The notes below the pieces were generated by a model. The model was not told where the DNA came from. It made no database searches and was given only the letters and a program-made list of their open reading frames with translations. A program made the position numbers and the translations under genes. DNA of 64,000 nucleotides. Origin: Rhynchopus sp. YZ270_cl-10. Taxonomy: Eukaryota. Shown here one piece after another: positions 20,997-32,546 of the stretch. The stretch lies in the NCBI GenBank assembly GCA_964035575.1, contig OZ037835.1, positions 496,001 to 560,000 of the forward strand, in the 5' to 3' direction. Positions within the stretch are counted from its first letter, which is position 1, and every line of letters starts with the position of its first letter.

Positions 20997-21405
20997 AAAA
21001 TTGTTGGCTCTCTCTCTGTTGTTTTGGCTTTTGTTTTTTTGTCTATTTGTGACGAGGCCTGGAACACCTGAACATAGGCATATCTGGAAAATCTATCTGA
21101 GGTGTGGCAAATTAAATATATTCAAGCGTGTGGTTGAGGCGCACCTAAACATAAGTAAGTGCCAAGTCTGAACATTTATTTTCAGAGGCCTTAGTGAGGC
21201 TGTTTCGGCCTCGTTGCATTGTATCATGATGTAATAAGGTTCACATACTTTCGATTCAAAGAAGAGAAAGCACACAAGAAAATAAAATGCTGCAAACCAC
21301 TGGGTGTGTTGTTTGCATCTACACAAGTAACTGAAAGTTAAACATTTACATACCTTGTCTTCCCCGTAGCCTCCGCCTTCGCTGCTGTCAAGCTGCCTTC
21401 TCTTG

Positions 21406-22021
21406 GTACCCAGTACCCAGTACCCAGTACCCAGTACCCAGTACCCAGTACCCAGTACCCAGTACCCAGTACCCAGTACCCAGTACCCAGTACCCAGTAC
21501 CCAGTACCCAGTACCCAGTACCCAGTACCCAGTACCCAGTACCCAGTACCCAGTACCCAGTACCCAGTACCCAGTACCCAGTACCCAGTACCCAGTACCC
21601 AGTACCCAGTACCCAGTACCCAGTACCCAGTACCCAGTACCCAGTACCCAGTACCCAGTACCCAGTACCCAGTACCCAGTACCCAGTACCCAGTACCCAG
21701 TACCCAGTACCCAGTACCCAGTACCCAGTACCCAGTACCCAGTACCCAGTACCCAGTACCCAGTACCCAGTACCCAGTACCCAGTACCCAGTACCCAGTA
21801 CCCAGTACCCAGTACCCAGTACCCAGTACCCAGTACCCAGTACCCAGTACCCAGTACCCAGTACCCAGTACCCAGTACCCAGTACCCAGTACCCAGTACC
21901 CAGTACCCAGTACCCAGTACCCAGTACCCAGTACCCAGTACCCAGTACCCAGTACCCAGTACCCAGTACCCAGTACCCAGTACCCAGTACCCAGTACCCA
22001 GTACCCAGTACCCAGTACCCA
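21406..22021. repeat. (GTACCCA)n heptamer array, about 88 copies
   Basis: 616 bp of uninterrupted 7-mer repeat. Confidence 0.98.
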
Positions 22022-24519
22022 GGTCGCCCCCTGGTTGGTCGAGAACCTAAAAATGCAAAAAAACGCAAAATTCATGTGTTTTGACCATGTCTGGGTACAC
22101 CAAATACACACCTCTGAACAAGCCTATACCCAGTAGTAGGCAACAAGCGCTATTTTTTGACCAAGAAAAAAAAAATCCCCCAAAAATTGGGTGTAGTAGG
22201 TAGGGCCCAAAAAATCCAAAGAAAACCTCAGATTGACCAAACAATGAAAAAAAATTTCAAGTCAAATTTTCAGCCAAAATACGGCTATTTTGGTTATACC
22301 ATGTGTACTGTAGTGGCTATACAAAGCGATTTTCGGCCAAAAAAATTTTTTTTGGCCAAAAAAAAAATTTTTTTTTCGGCCCAAAAAAAAAAAAATTTTT
22401 TTTTTTGGGTCCGACTGTCGGACCCCAGAGTCCGACAGACGGACTCCAGAGTCCGTCTGTCGGACCCCTGAGTCCGACTGTCGGACTCAGGGGGTCCGAC
22501 TGTCGGACTCAGGGGGTAAGTCCGTTATTTACACACTCCAAGCACGACAGACCGCACCGTGCATATTTTTTTTCCAAATCTTGGGGTGGAAATTTTGGTA
22601 CCTCACACAGCCTCTGAGAGTGACCAGAAATGGCCTCATGAACAAAGTGACCCGTCACAGCCAAAACGCGACTCAATTGGTCAAACGCCGAAGGAAAAGG
22701 AAGCATGCAGCATGGCGAAATAATAAAAGTAGCGTACCGTGCGCCTGCGGCGCAAGATTGCAAGCCACCCTTCCCATGATATACTTTTGCAGTAAAAATG
22801 TGCAATTTTAAGCGCAATTTTTAGAAATGTTGCGTACCGTGGCTTCGCCAGAAACTTTCGTTTTAGAAAAACAGGAGAGGAAAATTACGGAAGCTGACCA
22901 CAATTACCAGCGACAGTGCCGTTTTGTGTCAACTTTTTTTTAGAAATGTTGCGTACCGTGGCTTCGCTTTGGGTGCCGTGACCGCCCTTTCTTTGTTATA
23001 AATGTACTGAGGCTACAGACAATTCGTGTACCACGTGTGCCTGGTGCACGAATTGCTTCAATGAAGTGCCGAACTCCGCAGTTGGATAACCGAGGAATTA
23101 TCACATTCCGCCGGAGGCCCCCAACTTGAGCCGGGTTGGGGACCCGGGCTCGACCGAGTTTCAGCGAAAAACCCCAAAACCTATATAATTCCCTGTGGAG
23201 GGGGGAAATTTTTTTTTTGGGCTGACCGAGTCAAACCGATTCTGACCGAGCCAGCCCCTCGTGGGCGGAATGCTGTATAGAACCCTGAAAAGGGGCTTTT
23301 TTTTTTTTTTTGAAAACTTGGTTGTATTAGTGTAGCCACCCTAGAGTGTGCTCCACTATTTTTTTTAACATACCACTCACTGTCACCGCAGGAGTCTAAA
23401 GAAATCATAACATTATTTTTCACACACTCTGCTGATTTCTAGGCGGGTTTTATTTAAAAAAAAAAAAAACTGCAGAAATTTAATTTCTGGTATTTTTCGG
23501 GGTGTTTTTTTGTATCGTTTTGTAAGAACAACTCTAAGGTGTCATCACACGACTCCCCTTAGCGGGGAGGTGTGTGGGTGACTGTTCGGGCGATGGTGTG
23601 CGGGTGGGTACGGGACACACATGCTGTTCCACACACCCTCCACACAGCCTTCATGGAAATAGGCAGCATGTACGGGACACACATCTTTCCTCGATAAATT
23701 TGCGTTCAAAAACACACACAGGCGTTTGGGTTCCGAGCCTGGTTGTGAGATTCGTTCCTTGGGGTTGTGATAAAGGGGGAGGGGGGGATCCACGCTGCAC
23801 AAACAACAAACACACGTTTTTTGTTTAATTTTGAAAACTTTTTTACCATTCCTTTTTAGGGAACGGAGCATGTACGGTCCTGGAAGCTCCAAGAAAATGG
23901 AGTCGGTGGGCTTAATAGGAAGTTGCCTTCCTAAACGCGCACAACACCACTCCAATATTATTGCCCCCTAATTGCACGACCCCCCTAATTTTTGTTCTTT
24001 TCAAAGTATTTGAGGAACCACGCCGTCTTTCATTTCCAGATGCATTGTATAACTCGTACAAAAAAAAAACGTTGCTTTCGACACTTTTTCAGACTTGTAT
24101 CAGATCTGAGTGCACCATATTGTCTTGGTCTCTTCGGTCTGTTTATGTGGAGTAGTCTTCTTTCCTTCAGAAACTCTCTCTCTCTTTTTGCTCGTTTTGT
24201 TATTCAAGTGGGAACAACAAAAATGTATCCGTTTCGCTTGATCAGATCGCGACCGTTTGTTGTATTGCACGCTTGCAGGAACACCAAAAAAAAATCGAAG
24301 CTGATAGTGCAAACGCCTCTGGGACGCAAAAACAGTGGGTAGAAGGGGAGACTGTTTCCTTAAGGAAACCGATGCCCAGTAGTAGGAGGGTGGGGGTGAG
24401 TATTGGAGGGGTGCACGATGGTGAAGCAAATGACTTTTGACTTGTGGTTTTATTGTGGTGTCAACCCGTTGGCTTGCGACGGTGCAACACAACGTAAAAA
24501 ACAACAAAGTTAAAGTCTG

Positions 24520-26834
24520 CCGTATTCGTACAAATTATCGACCATAAAAAAAGGTCGAACTTCCAGAAAAATCTTGAAATGGTCGAACATTAGTACGGTC
24601 GATAATTTTTTTTTTTGAGAAAAGTTCGATTTCGGCCTCGAAAATTACCGTGACACCGATTTGTCACGGTACTTTGTCACGGAATTTTTTTGAAAGATTC
24701 GATTTCGTGACAAAAAAAAATCGATTTCGTGACAAACCAATTTTTTCATTGACAAAAAAAATTCGATTTCGTGACAAACCGATTTTTTCATTGACAAAAA
24801 AAATTCGATTTCGTGACAAATCCAAAAATTCAGTGACAAAAAAATGTCAATGAAAAAATGGATTTTGTCAAGGAAACCGAACTTTTTGTCAAGGAAAAAG
24901 TCGTGACAGAAATGGATTTTGTCAAGGAAACCAAACTTTTTGTCACGGAAAAAGTCGTGACAGGGCACTGGGTACACTGGACACAAGGATAAAAGTCGTG
25001 AAAGAGCAACCACAGCTCCACATGACAAACACAAAAGTGTCCAGTCACGTGGGGCATGCATGCACTGAGGAGATAATGATCCAACAATTTACAAGAAAGA
25101 TTACTTAACCTACTGCTGGAAATTGCCAGGTCGTAGTAACACACAAAGTGTGCCTCCGTTCGGGAAGACCGGATATTCTAGAGACCAAAAAGGCCTCAAG
25201 AATATCTTCCGGTAGTCAAGGTATAACCGAATGAACGGCCCAAGACCCCCGTGGAGAAGTTAAATGTGTAATGCTATCAGGTAGAAACTGCGAACACTGT
25301 CTTACCCTCCTCAATGCATGGTGGAAGATGTCTTTACAACAAATATCCTGTACCCAGGTACCAGGTTCCCAGACCCACGTAGTACCACGTCGCAGTACTA
25401 CGCAAAATTTACCACCACCCTGTCTTCGTGCACCTTAAGTACAACGCCGCAGACAGGCCAAACATGCGTTGGACTCAGGAGGAATGCCTGCTGTGCAGTG
25501 TATCAAACATGAGAACCAACTCCCAGCAACAAGGGGCGCCTTTTGGCGGGCGTTGTTGAGGGTGTTTGGGGTGCAAAGTTTTCCACAATTTTGATGCGCG
25601 GGTACAGAAGTGTTATCTTGTTCTTTCATCTCTAGGAATGTAAATGTCAATCGCGTTTAACTACCACTAGGGCTTGTTCAGTGAACCCACGAGGGGTCGA
25701 AGGGGGTTGGTTATCCCATATCTATCAAAGGTTGTGTCGACCAGGCGAATCCACTATGTTACGCTGTATGATGATAAATCCGAAGAAATAACAGTGCATA
25801 GCAACTGCAGGAAGTTTGTTAAAAAGAGTGCCTCACGCTACACAAACCACCACCCGCGATTGACTTAGATGTTATAACAAAGAGAATTCAGAACAAAACA
25901 ACACCCTGCCCCATACACACTAAATTGTCATGCTTCAAGAACATGCCTGGGCCAAAATTACTATGACGAAAAGGCAACAAGACCACCCACAAGGAGTGTG
26001 AATTGTGCACTGGTTTTCTGGGGGAACAAACAATATTTTCTTGTGTCTAGTCCTCCGGAAGCAGAGGACAGACTTTCCGGAAGGTTTCCAAAGTCGAATT
26101 TCTTGCACTAGCTATGCTCCCTGGTTAATGGCTATAGCAGTGACTGACAAAGTGTTCCCACCCCCCTTTCCACCACCATAATAACCGAACTCTCGTCGCA
26201 TGCGCTGGTGGATTCGATCTGTTTTGGTGTGTGTAATGGAATGTATGGGTGAGGGTTGGGGTATTAGGTATAGAAACTTGCGCACCCATTAATTTTTTAC
26301 CAAATGAAAATGAAATTTGCAATGAGTGTCTGCTGCATATCATTTAGTGGGGCTGGCCTCTGGCCAGAGGCGTGCAAGCCTGACCGTGTTCGCGATATAC
26401 TAAGTCTCGCATAATCATAAAGTTATCATACCTTGTGTCTTCAGTCTCTGCCCTTCGGTTTCTAGACAGCTCAAGAATGGCCTCTTTTGTGTTTGTCAAG
26501 TGGCTGTCTGGTCACTTTTCAGTGACTGGCGGGTTGGCTGTCACGACTTTTTCCTTGACAAAATCCATTTTTTTTCTATGACATTTTTTTGTCAATGAAA
26601 AAATGGATTTGTCACGAAATCGAATTTTTTTTTGTCAATGAAAAAAGTCATTTGTCACTAAATTGAATTTTGTGTGTCAATGAAAAAATCAGCTTGTCAC
26701 GAAATCGAACTTTTTTTGTCACGAAATCGAATCTTTCAAAAAAATTCCGTGACAAAGTACCGTGACAAATCGGTGTCACGGGTATTTTCGAGGCCGAAAT
26801 CGAACTTTTCTCTTTTTTTTTTGTACGAATACGG
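24520..26834. mobile_element. Foldback-type non-autonomous element B with long, sub-repeated inverted arms
   Basis: Arms 24520-24963 and 26538-26834 are inverted copies built from TCGTGACAAA/TTTGTCA units. Ends are CCGTATTCGTACAA / TTGTACGAATACGG. Core 25001-26174 is near-identical to 15047-16220. No clean TSD. Confidence 0.8.
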
Positions 26835-27670
26835 TACTTCACTGTCGTATGGAAGAGATTAGACAGCTTTGACAGATGGGCAAACAACGTTCTGCAGAAG
26901 TAGAGGAAAATACAGTTTCAATTTTTCCAGGGAAGGTTGTGCTCACTATAAATCAAATGTTCTGAAAAAAAATGTTGTGACAAAAATATCCTTCGTATCC
27001 TTTCATAACAAAAGAATAGGAAGTTTGCGGGAAAAAATGAAAAAAAATATTCACAAACTTTTTCTTCCTCCTTTTGACGGGTAAGATACCCAAAACAATA
27101 AACCGATCATTACCTAGGACACTACACCCCGTATAACATACAAGACGAGAACATGAAACCACCCTACCCTGACCTTGGGAAATATTCCGCACACAGGAAT
27201 TACCCATAAATTGATTTCAAAACATACACACCCACCAACCCCATTCCAGCCCCCTCCCTCCCTCCCTCCCTCTTTCTTACCGTTCTTTTTGATCGTTCTT
27301 TTTTTGAAAAAATTGATGACGCGTAGACACCTCTCTTTTTTCTCGTGTGAACTCCACACAGCCGTTCCTCGCCTTTTTGCCTTGATCATCCACACAAAAA
27401 ATTTTATAAGATGAACCTTAGTCTTTCATGCTTTAGTTACTCTCCAAAATCTTAACGTACACTCTCTGTTGATTCTAAAACGGGGGAGGGTAAAAAAAAG
27501 CGCGAAAAGTAAATTGGGGAAGAGGTTGAAAAGTTGGAACGCTTCTTCCACCCCCAGATCACGGAGAAACAAAAAACGGTATTGGGGTTCCTGATGACCC
27601 CATATTGCGTACTTCTTGCGTAGTTGTTGCGTTTTTTTAGATTTTTGGGGTACCGGGTGTTAAAAAAAAT

Positions 27671-29041
27671 TCACACAGGAACGGCAGTTACCCCAGTTTT
27701 GGGGTCGCTTGGCGCTTTGTGGAGGTGGGTGTTCTTGATGAGCCAGACGTCATCTGCTGCGTCCTTCTCTTCGTCGACGATGCGGTGCCAGGTCCAGCGT
27801 GCATGGCTTTCGTTGTATGTCTCGATCTTGCCGTGCCCAAAGCCGTTGCTGCGGAAGGCGCTCCACGCAGGCTGCGGCATCATCCAGTCATCCGGTTCGA
27901 GAACCTCCCGGTTGCCTCCGTCCCCTATGTTGATCTCTGTCATCTTCCCTGGCGTGACGGTGCCATTGTACACTGGGTGGCTTCTTTCATACGCATGAAC
28001 GTGCCCGCAGAAGAGCACGTCAACAGCGTATTTATCAAAAACTTCTTCCAAAGCTGCTTTCATCTCTACTTCTTCGGGTTCGTTTTGGTGGTGTGTGTTG
28101 CTGTTGTACCACGGTGCGTGGGTGGCAACGAAGAGCCATGGGGTGCGCTCTCTGTCCACCTTCTTCAGATCCGAAAGCAGCCATTCGTACTGATCAGATC
28201 CTACAGAAAAGTTCCGATAGGAGCTGAGCGAAACGAAATGCGTGTTGCCACCTTCCCAGCTATACCAGAAAGCACCTCCTGGAGAGTCTGGAGCCACGAA
28301 TCGGTTGATATACGCTTCAAAGGGCTCTCCCAAGGCAGGCATCGGGTCAGCCTCTACCTCATGATTCCCCGGAAGGACCTGAAACGGCCGGATCGCCGCA
28401 ATCTTTTCAACCAATTTCCCCCAAGAATCCCACCGGGTCTGATCGCACCCAGACTCATGCGTGCACACCCCGCTCCCATGACTGCTGTCTGCATAAGATA
28501 AATCCCCGACCACCCAGGTCTGATCGATCCCTGATACATTCACCATTCCTGTCAAGACGTGGTCAACGGTTTGTGATGCATTATCGGTTTGGCCTAAATC
28601 CCCGATAAGAGCTGTAGCGATGCCTTGTGTCGGGGATACGCAGGGCAGTGTACGGAAGGTGAAGGTCGCACTGTGGCGACTAAATTTGTCGTCCGATGAT
28701 GCAACACGGAAATCATATGTTGAGGAGCAGTCCAGCTCTGTGATGGCACCATGGTAGAGGCGAGGGGACACATAGCTGTGGCGATGGTCCGGACGGCCGT
28801 GGCTGTCAACAGGGGTGTATGCGTACCGTACGGAAGGGCGTGGTGGCGGCGCGTTGTTCCACAGCCACGCGCCAGACTCCCGGTAGTTCACTGTGCCCTC
28901 AGTCTCGGCGGAGCCACTCCCGTCTGCCCACGACACCCACACCTCGGACGGCCCTTTGTGTGTGATATGGATCTGTTCAGGAGCTGCTGCGCACTGCTGC
29001 AACGTGGCGGTAGCTAGAAGGAAGGGGAGAGGGGCACGCAT
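27671..29041 (-). CDS. Secreted purple acid phosphatase (metallophosphoesterase)
   Basis: Signal peptide, FN3-like N-domain (PEQIHI), and all five ligand motifs: GDLG, GDLSY, GNHE, ATH, GHVH. Confidence 0.95.
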   Translation of the reverse strand: MRAPLPFLLATATLQQCAAAPEQIHITHKGPSEVWVSWADGSGSAETEGTVNYRESGAWLWNNAPPPRPSVRYAYTPVDSHGRPDHRHSYVSPRLYHGAITELDCSSTYDFRVASSDDKFSRHSATFTFRTLPCVSPTQGIATALIGDLGQTDNASQTVDHVLTGMVNVSGIDQTWVVGDLSYADSSHGSGVCTHESGCDQTRWDSWGKLVEKIAAIRPFQVLPGNHEVEADPMPALGEPFEAYINRFVAPDSPGGAFWYSWEGGNTHFVSLSSYRNFSVGSDQYEWLLSDLKKVDRERTPWLFVATHAPWYNSNTHHQNEPEEVEMKAALEEVFDKYAVDVLFCGHVHAYERSHPVYNGTVTPGKMTEINIGDGGNREVLEPDDWMMPQPAWSAFRSNGFGHGKIETYNESHARWTWHRIVDEEKDAADDVWLIKNTHLHKAPSDPKTGVTAVPV

Positions 29042-31424
29042 CGTGTAGGCTGGGCAGGGTCACCCTGGGGTGGGCTGTGAGTGGCAGTGGTGTGGGTGAT
29101 GTGGGGGACAGGAAAGACAAGGACAAAGCAGATGGGGAAAATGCTGTGAATATGATGAGTTGTCAAATCCCATAATAATGCGTTACAACAGTATTGTTTT
29201 ACACACTGTTTTGCACTCTACGATTCATCGCAACGCCTTATTTACTGGCACAGCGTGCAGTTACAGCATAGATGCAGCAAAATGGCTCATTTGCGGGTGG
29301 CGGAATGTCTTCTCTCTTTGCTCTTCGACTCAGCAGCTTTTAGCGCAGGTTGTTTTTACGGATAGAGCAGCAGCTACAGTTTTATTGAATTGAATTGGAG
29401 AAGGGGATCCAATGAAAATCACAGTAGAAAAGTTCGAGAATTGTAGGTTTGATTATTTTTTCTCCTCTTTTTTGTCTGCTGCTGGCTCACTGTATTAGGG
29501 CTCAGAGTTCACCCCCAAAAGAAATTATTACGCGAAATTATTACTCGACGTTTGGATAAAGAAAACTAGAGATGAAAGGGGGTTTGGGGGGGGGAGAGTT
29601 TAATTCTTGAACGCATCCCCACACTCAGTCACACAAACATAATTTCCAAAAAAAGGTGCTTTGGCCATTATTTATTAATTTGGGGGTCAAAAAAAATGCT
29701 TTACACCAGGCGAGGTGGTCATCAGACCTAAGTACACAGGGGGGCGTACTCTCGCTTTTTGTTGTGTCGACAATCACCTGCAGGATCTGTACTCAATGTC
29801 GCCCGAAGGCTATTGTACTTAAAAGATATAGACGGAGGTCGTCCTCAACTCTGGAAAGTCGTTTTTTTTTTGAAAGCTTGGTTGCATTAGTGTAGACACC
29901 GAGGATGAACTCCACTATATCTTTTTTTCAAAAAACACGCTCAAGAGCCTAGTTAATATTCGCTTTTGAAATTTTTGAAATTTATGCCCGAGGTGTGTGT
30001 CGTTTGAGGAGGGGTGTTTCCCTTTTGTCCTGGAGGACGCAGGCAAAGGAAGGAGGGGGGAGAAAAAAAAAAAAGAAAAAAGGACGGACGGGTTCTTGCG
30101 TTGCTGGTTAGTATGTAACCCTCCATCCTTGTAAAAGCAAAGTGTGGCCATCTGATAAGTTGCCACAGGGGGGGAGAGAGAAAGAGGGAAAAGCTGACTT
30201 TACAAACTCTTAATTTGGTTTTTGTAAATTATTACGCATCCATGCGACGTTTGATTGCGATAGAAGGCAACTGTGTGTTCATGTCACATCAGGAACGTAA
30301 AACTCCACGTTGCGCGAGTAAAATTGTTAAAGGGGGAGGAGGGAGGAAGGAGGAAGGAGGAAGGAGGAGGGAGGAGGAGGGAGGAGGGAAGTATTGTGAA
30401 GAAACAGCCGAATACAATGAAGTTTTCACAAGCGAAAAAAAAATTAATAAAAACTCCGTTCGTCTTTTGTTTCGTTGGTACGCTACCCATGTCATACGCT
30501 TACGTCAACGGTAGTTGAAACGTGCTTTAAAACGCATCTCAGTCGATCTCATGCAAAGGGTGGGACGTGAGTGGTCCGTACCATAAGAGAACGGAGGCGG
30601 TTCACAACCGCTCGGCGAACCACGCGACCTCTTTATACCCCAGCCTTTTTTTTGACGGCCAAAAAAAATAGTATATTATTATTTGAAATAATGTGCACCA
30701 ACACAGACTCGTGTGACAGAGTGGGGCTTGTCTCTTCGTGCACAAAAGAAAAGCATACCCTTTGAGAAAAACAAGGACACACCCTTGTGCATGGAAGACA
30801 CAAAAACAGAAATACAATACTCCAAAACGTAACATCCAAATAAGTTTTGACAGATTTGGGAATTTTTTTTTTGGGGCCATTTTGGCACCCCTTTTTGAAC
30901 GTTTAACGACCAAACATTAGAAAATCAATTGACAACAGAGTAACACCCTAACATGCACCACTACTTTTGCGGAAAGTGTCAACGTCGTTCACTCACCCAC
31001 CAACTGTGCTCCGCAACTACCACCATCCAACAGGTGAGGGGTAGTGTGTGTTTGATCACTAATAGGGGGTAATTCTTGCGCAGAATATGGCCCCCAATGA
31101 GCTAGTGTGTGGAAGTGCCAATCAAGCACCTCGCACCTTCTCCTACAAAGGTAAATAATTCGTGAGATGTAGCAAAGGAAGAATCCGAAAGGTAGGCAAC
31201 AAAAAAAGGGTGCCGCATACGCATGAGCTCAGTGTACCCTTACTGAAATGGAAAATGAAAAAAAAACCAGTTGCAGAACCCCTAGGAAGCAATGCCGGAC
31301 CTCGTAAGGGGATAGGACCGCATAACCCCTTTGGTAGTCCACCTCCCCGATGTACTCACCGGTGCTATGACCAGTCTCGTACAAAAAAAAAAATGTGTGG
31401 AGCTCTCATAAAAAAAGCGAGGTA

Positions 31425-31677
31425 CACTGTGGCAAGGGGGGGAGCAAAAAGTGCGGAAAAAGTGCGAATCAGCCCCCAAAAAAATTTTTCCCGCCTTGTA
31501 AAAGTTGAACATTGTAGGTACTGTATGTACTGTACTGTAGGTACTGTGTATCTGTGTACCTGGTACAGGTACCCGGTACACAGATACACAGACACAGTCA
31601 GCAAGCCAACATGGTAAAAGTGCGAAAAAAGTGCGAATAAGTGCGGAAAAGTGCGAATCACCCCCCCTTCAGCCACA
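31425..31677. mobile_element. Small CACTG-starting MITE-like element with AAGTGCG(A/G)A subterminal repeats
   Basis: CACTGTGGCAAGGGGGGG ... CCCCCCCTTCAGCCACA with a GGTAC-rich middle. The right end is degenerate. Confidence 0.4.
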
Positions 31678-32546
31678 CCATACACGGTATCAATTATTCA
31701 ATTATTATTCAAAAAAAAGTTAGTCGGAATGACCCTAACCTCTCGTGCCTAGCCTTGATCGCATTCGTTATCGCGCAGTAAAAAAAAACCCCCCTTGACT
31801 GAAAAAAAACGCCCCCAAACCGAAAAGATATATTAATGTACACACTCTGTTGCTTAGCGTTAGCAATAATGCCGGCTGGTGGGGTCAATATCTCGAAAAT
31901 TGGACAATTTTATGACCACTTAAATTTTGGGAAATATGAGCCCCGTCACTCTATCCTTCCTCGTAGCCAACGCTCTTGATAGATTAAAAAAATTGAAACC
32001 GCACTCCTACTTTTACTTTTTATGTTTTTCCCCCACCCCCGCAAACAATAAAGCAATAAAAACAATAAAGACAAAAAGGGAGAGGTTGTGGTGAAACGCA
32101 CACACCTCGACCTGTCGGTGAAATGTGGCTCTACTCCAACCCGCCCCGGATTAGAAAAATGGAAAAAGGAAGGGTGTTAAGTTTCCTCTTAGCATTCCAT
32201 GTCATCATAAAAGAAAAGAATATAAGATGATCCTAAGCCTCTTGTGCTAGTTTGCTAACTCTCCTCATGATATCGTAAATCTTAACGTACACTCTCAGTT
32301 GATTCCAAAACGGGGGAGGGTAAAAAAAAGCGCGAAAAGGTAAATTGGGGAAGAGGTTGAAAAGTTGGAACGCTTCTTCCACCCCCAGATCACACTCTCG
32401 TGCTAGTTTGCTAACTCTCCTCATATGATATCGTAAAACTATTCGTGAACATTATTTGTCCTCATTTTGTTTGGACCTATATCCCCCCTTTTAGTCCGCC
32501 GTACACTTTCTTCCCCTCTCCCCTCCGCTCCCTTCACACCCTTTTT

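Larger units (their letters stand above)
14804..22561. mobile_element. CACTA/CMC-like non-autonomous element A
   Basis: Termini CACGGTGCAGTCTGTC / GACAGACCGCACCGTG with a 2-bp CA repeat on both flanks. Subterminal GTCCGAC/GTCGGAC arrays at 14828-14962 and 22408-22511, a CCCAGGTA-rich block, and a core (15047-16220) shared with other elements. Confidence 0.75.
14708..23287. mobile_element. Outer hAT-like non-autonomous element, expanded by nested insertions
   Basis: TIR CAGGGTTCTGTACAG / CTGTATAGAACCCTG, subterminal CTGACCGAG repeats at both ends, and flanking direct repeat AAAAGG (14702-14707, 23288-23293). Confidence 0.75.

Noticed and set aside
21338..22111. Long ORFs of VLGTGYW / PVPSTQY repeats
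   Set aside because: Artefacts of the stop-free (GTACCCA)n array.
23020..23165. Hairpins and a possible pseudoknot (HDV-like ribozyme?), plus an SL-like GCACTTCATTG on the minus strand
   Set aside because: Helix spacing does not fit the HDV nested double pseudoknot by eye, and the SL match is short with mismatches. A covariance-model search would be needed.
14828..26810. CRISPR-like arrays (57-bp units, GTCGGAC arrays, TCGTGACAAA arrays)
   Set aside because: No constant repeat with unique, equal-length spacers and no cas genes; these are minisatellites or subterminal transposon repeats.
29372..29387. AGCTACAGTTTTATTG as a degenerate SL relic
   Set aside because: Needs an internal deletion, is antisense to the genes and is not at an insertion junction.
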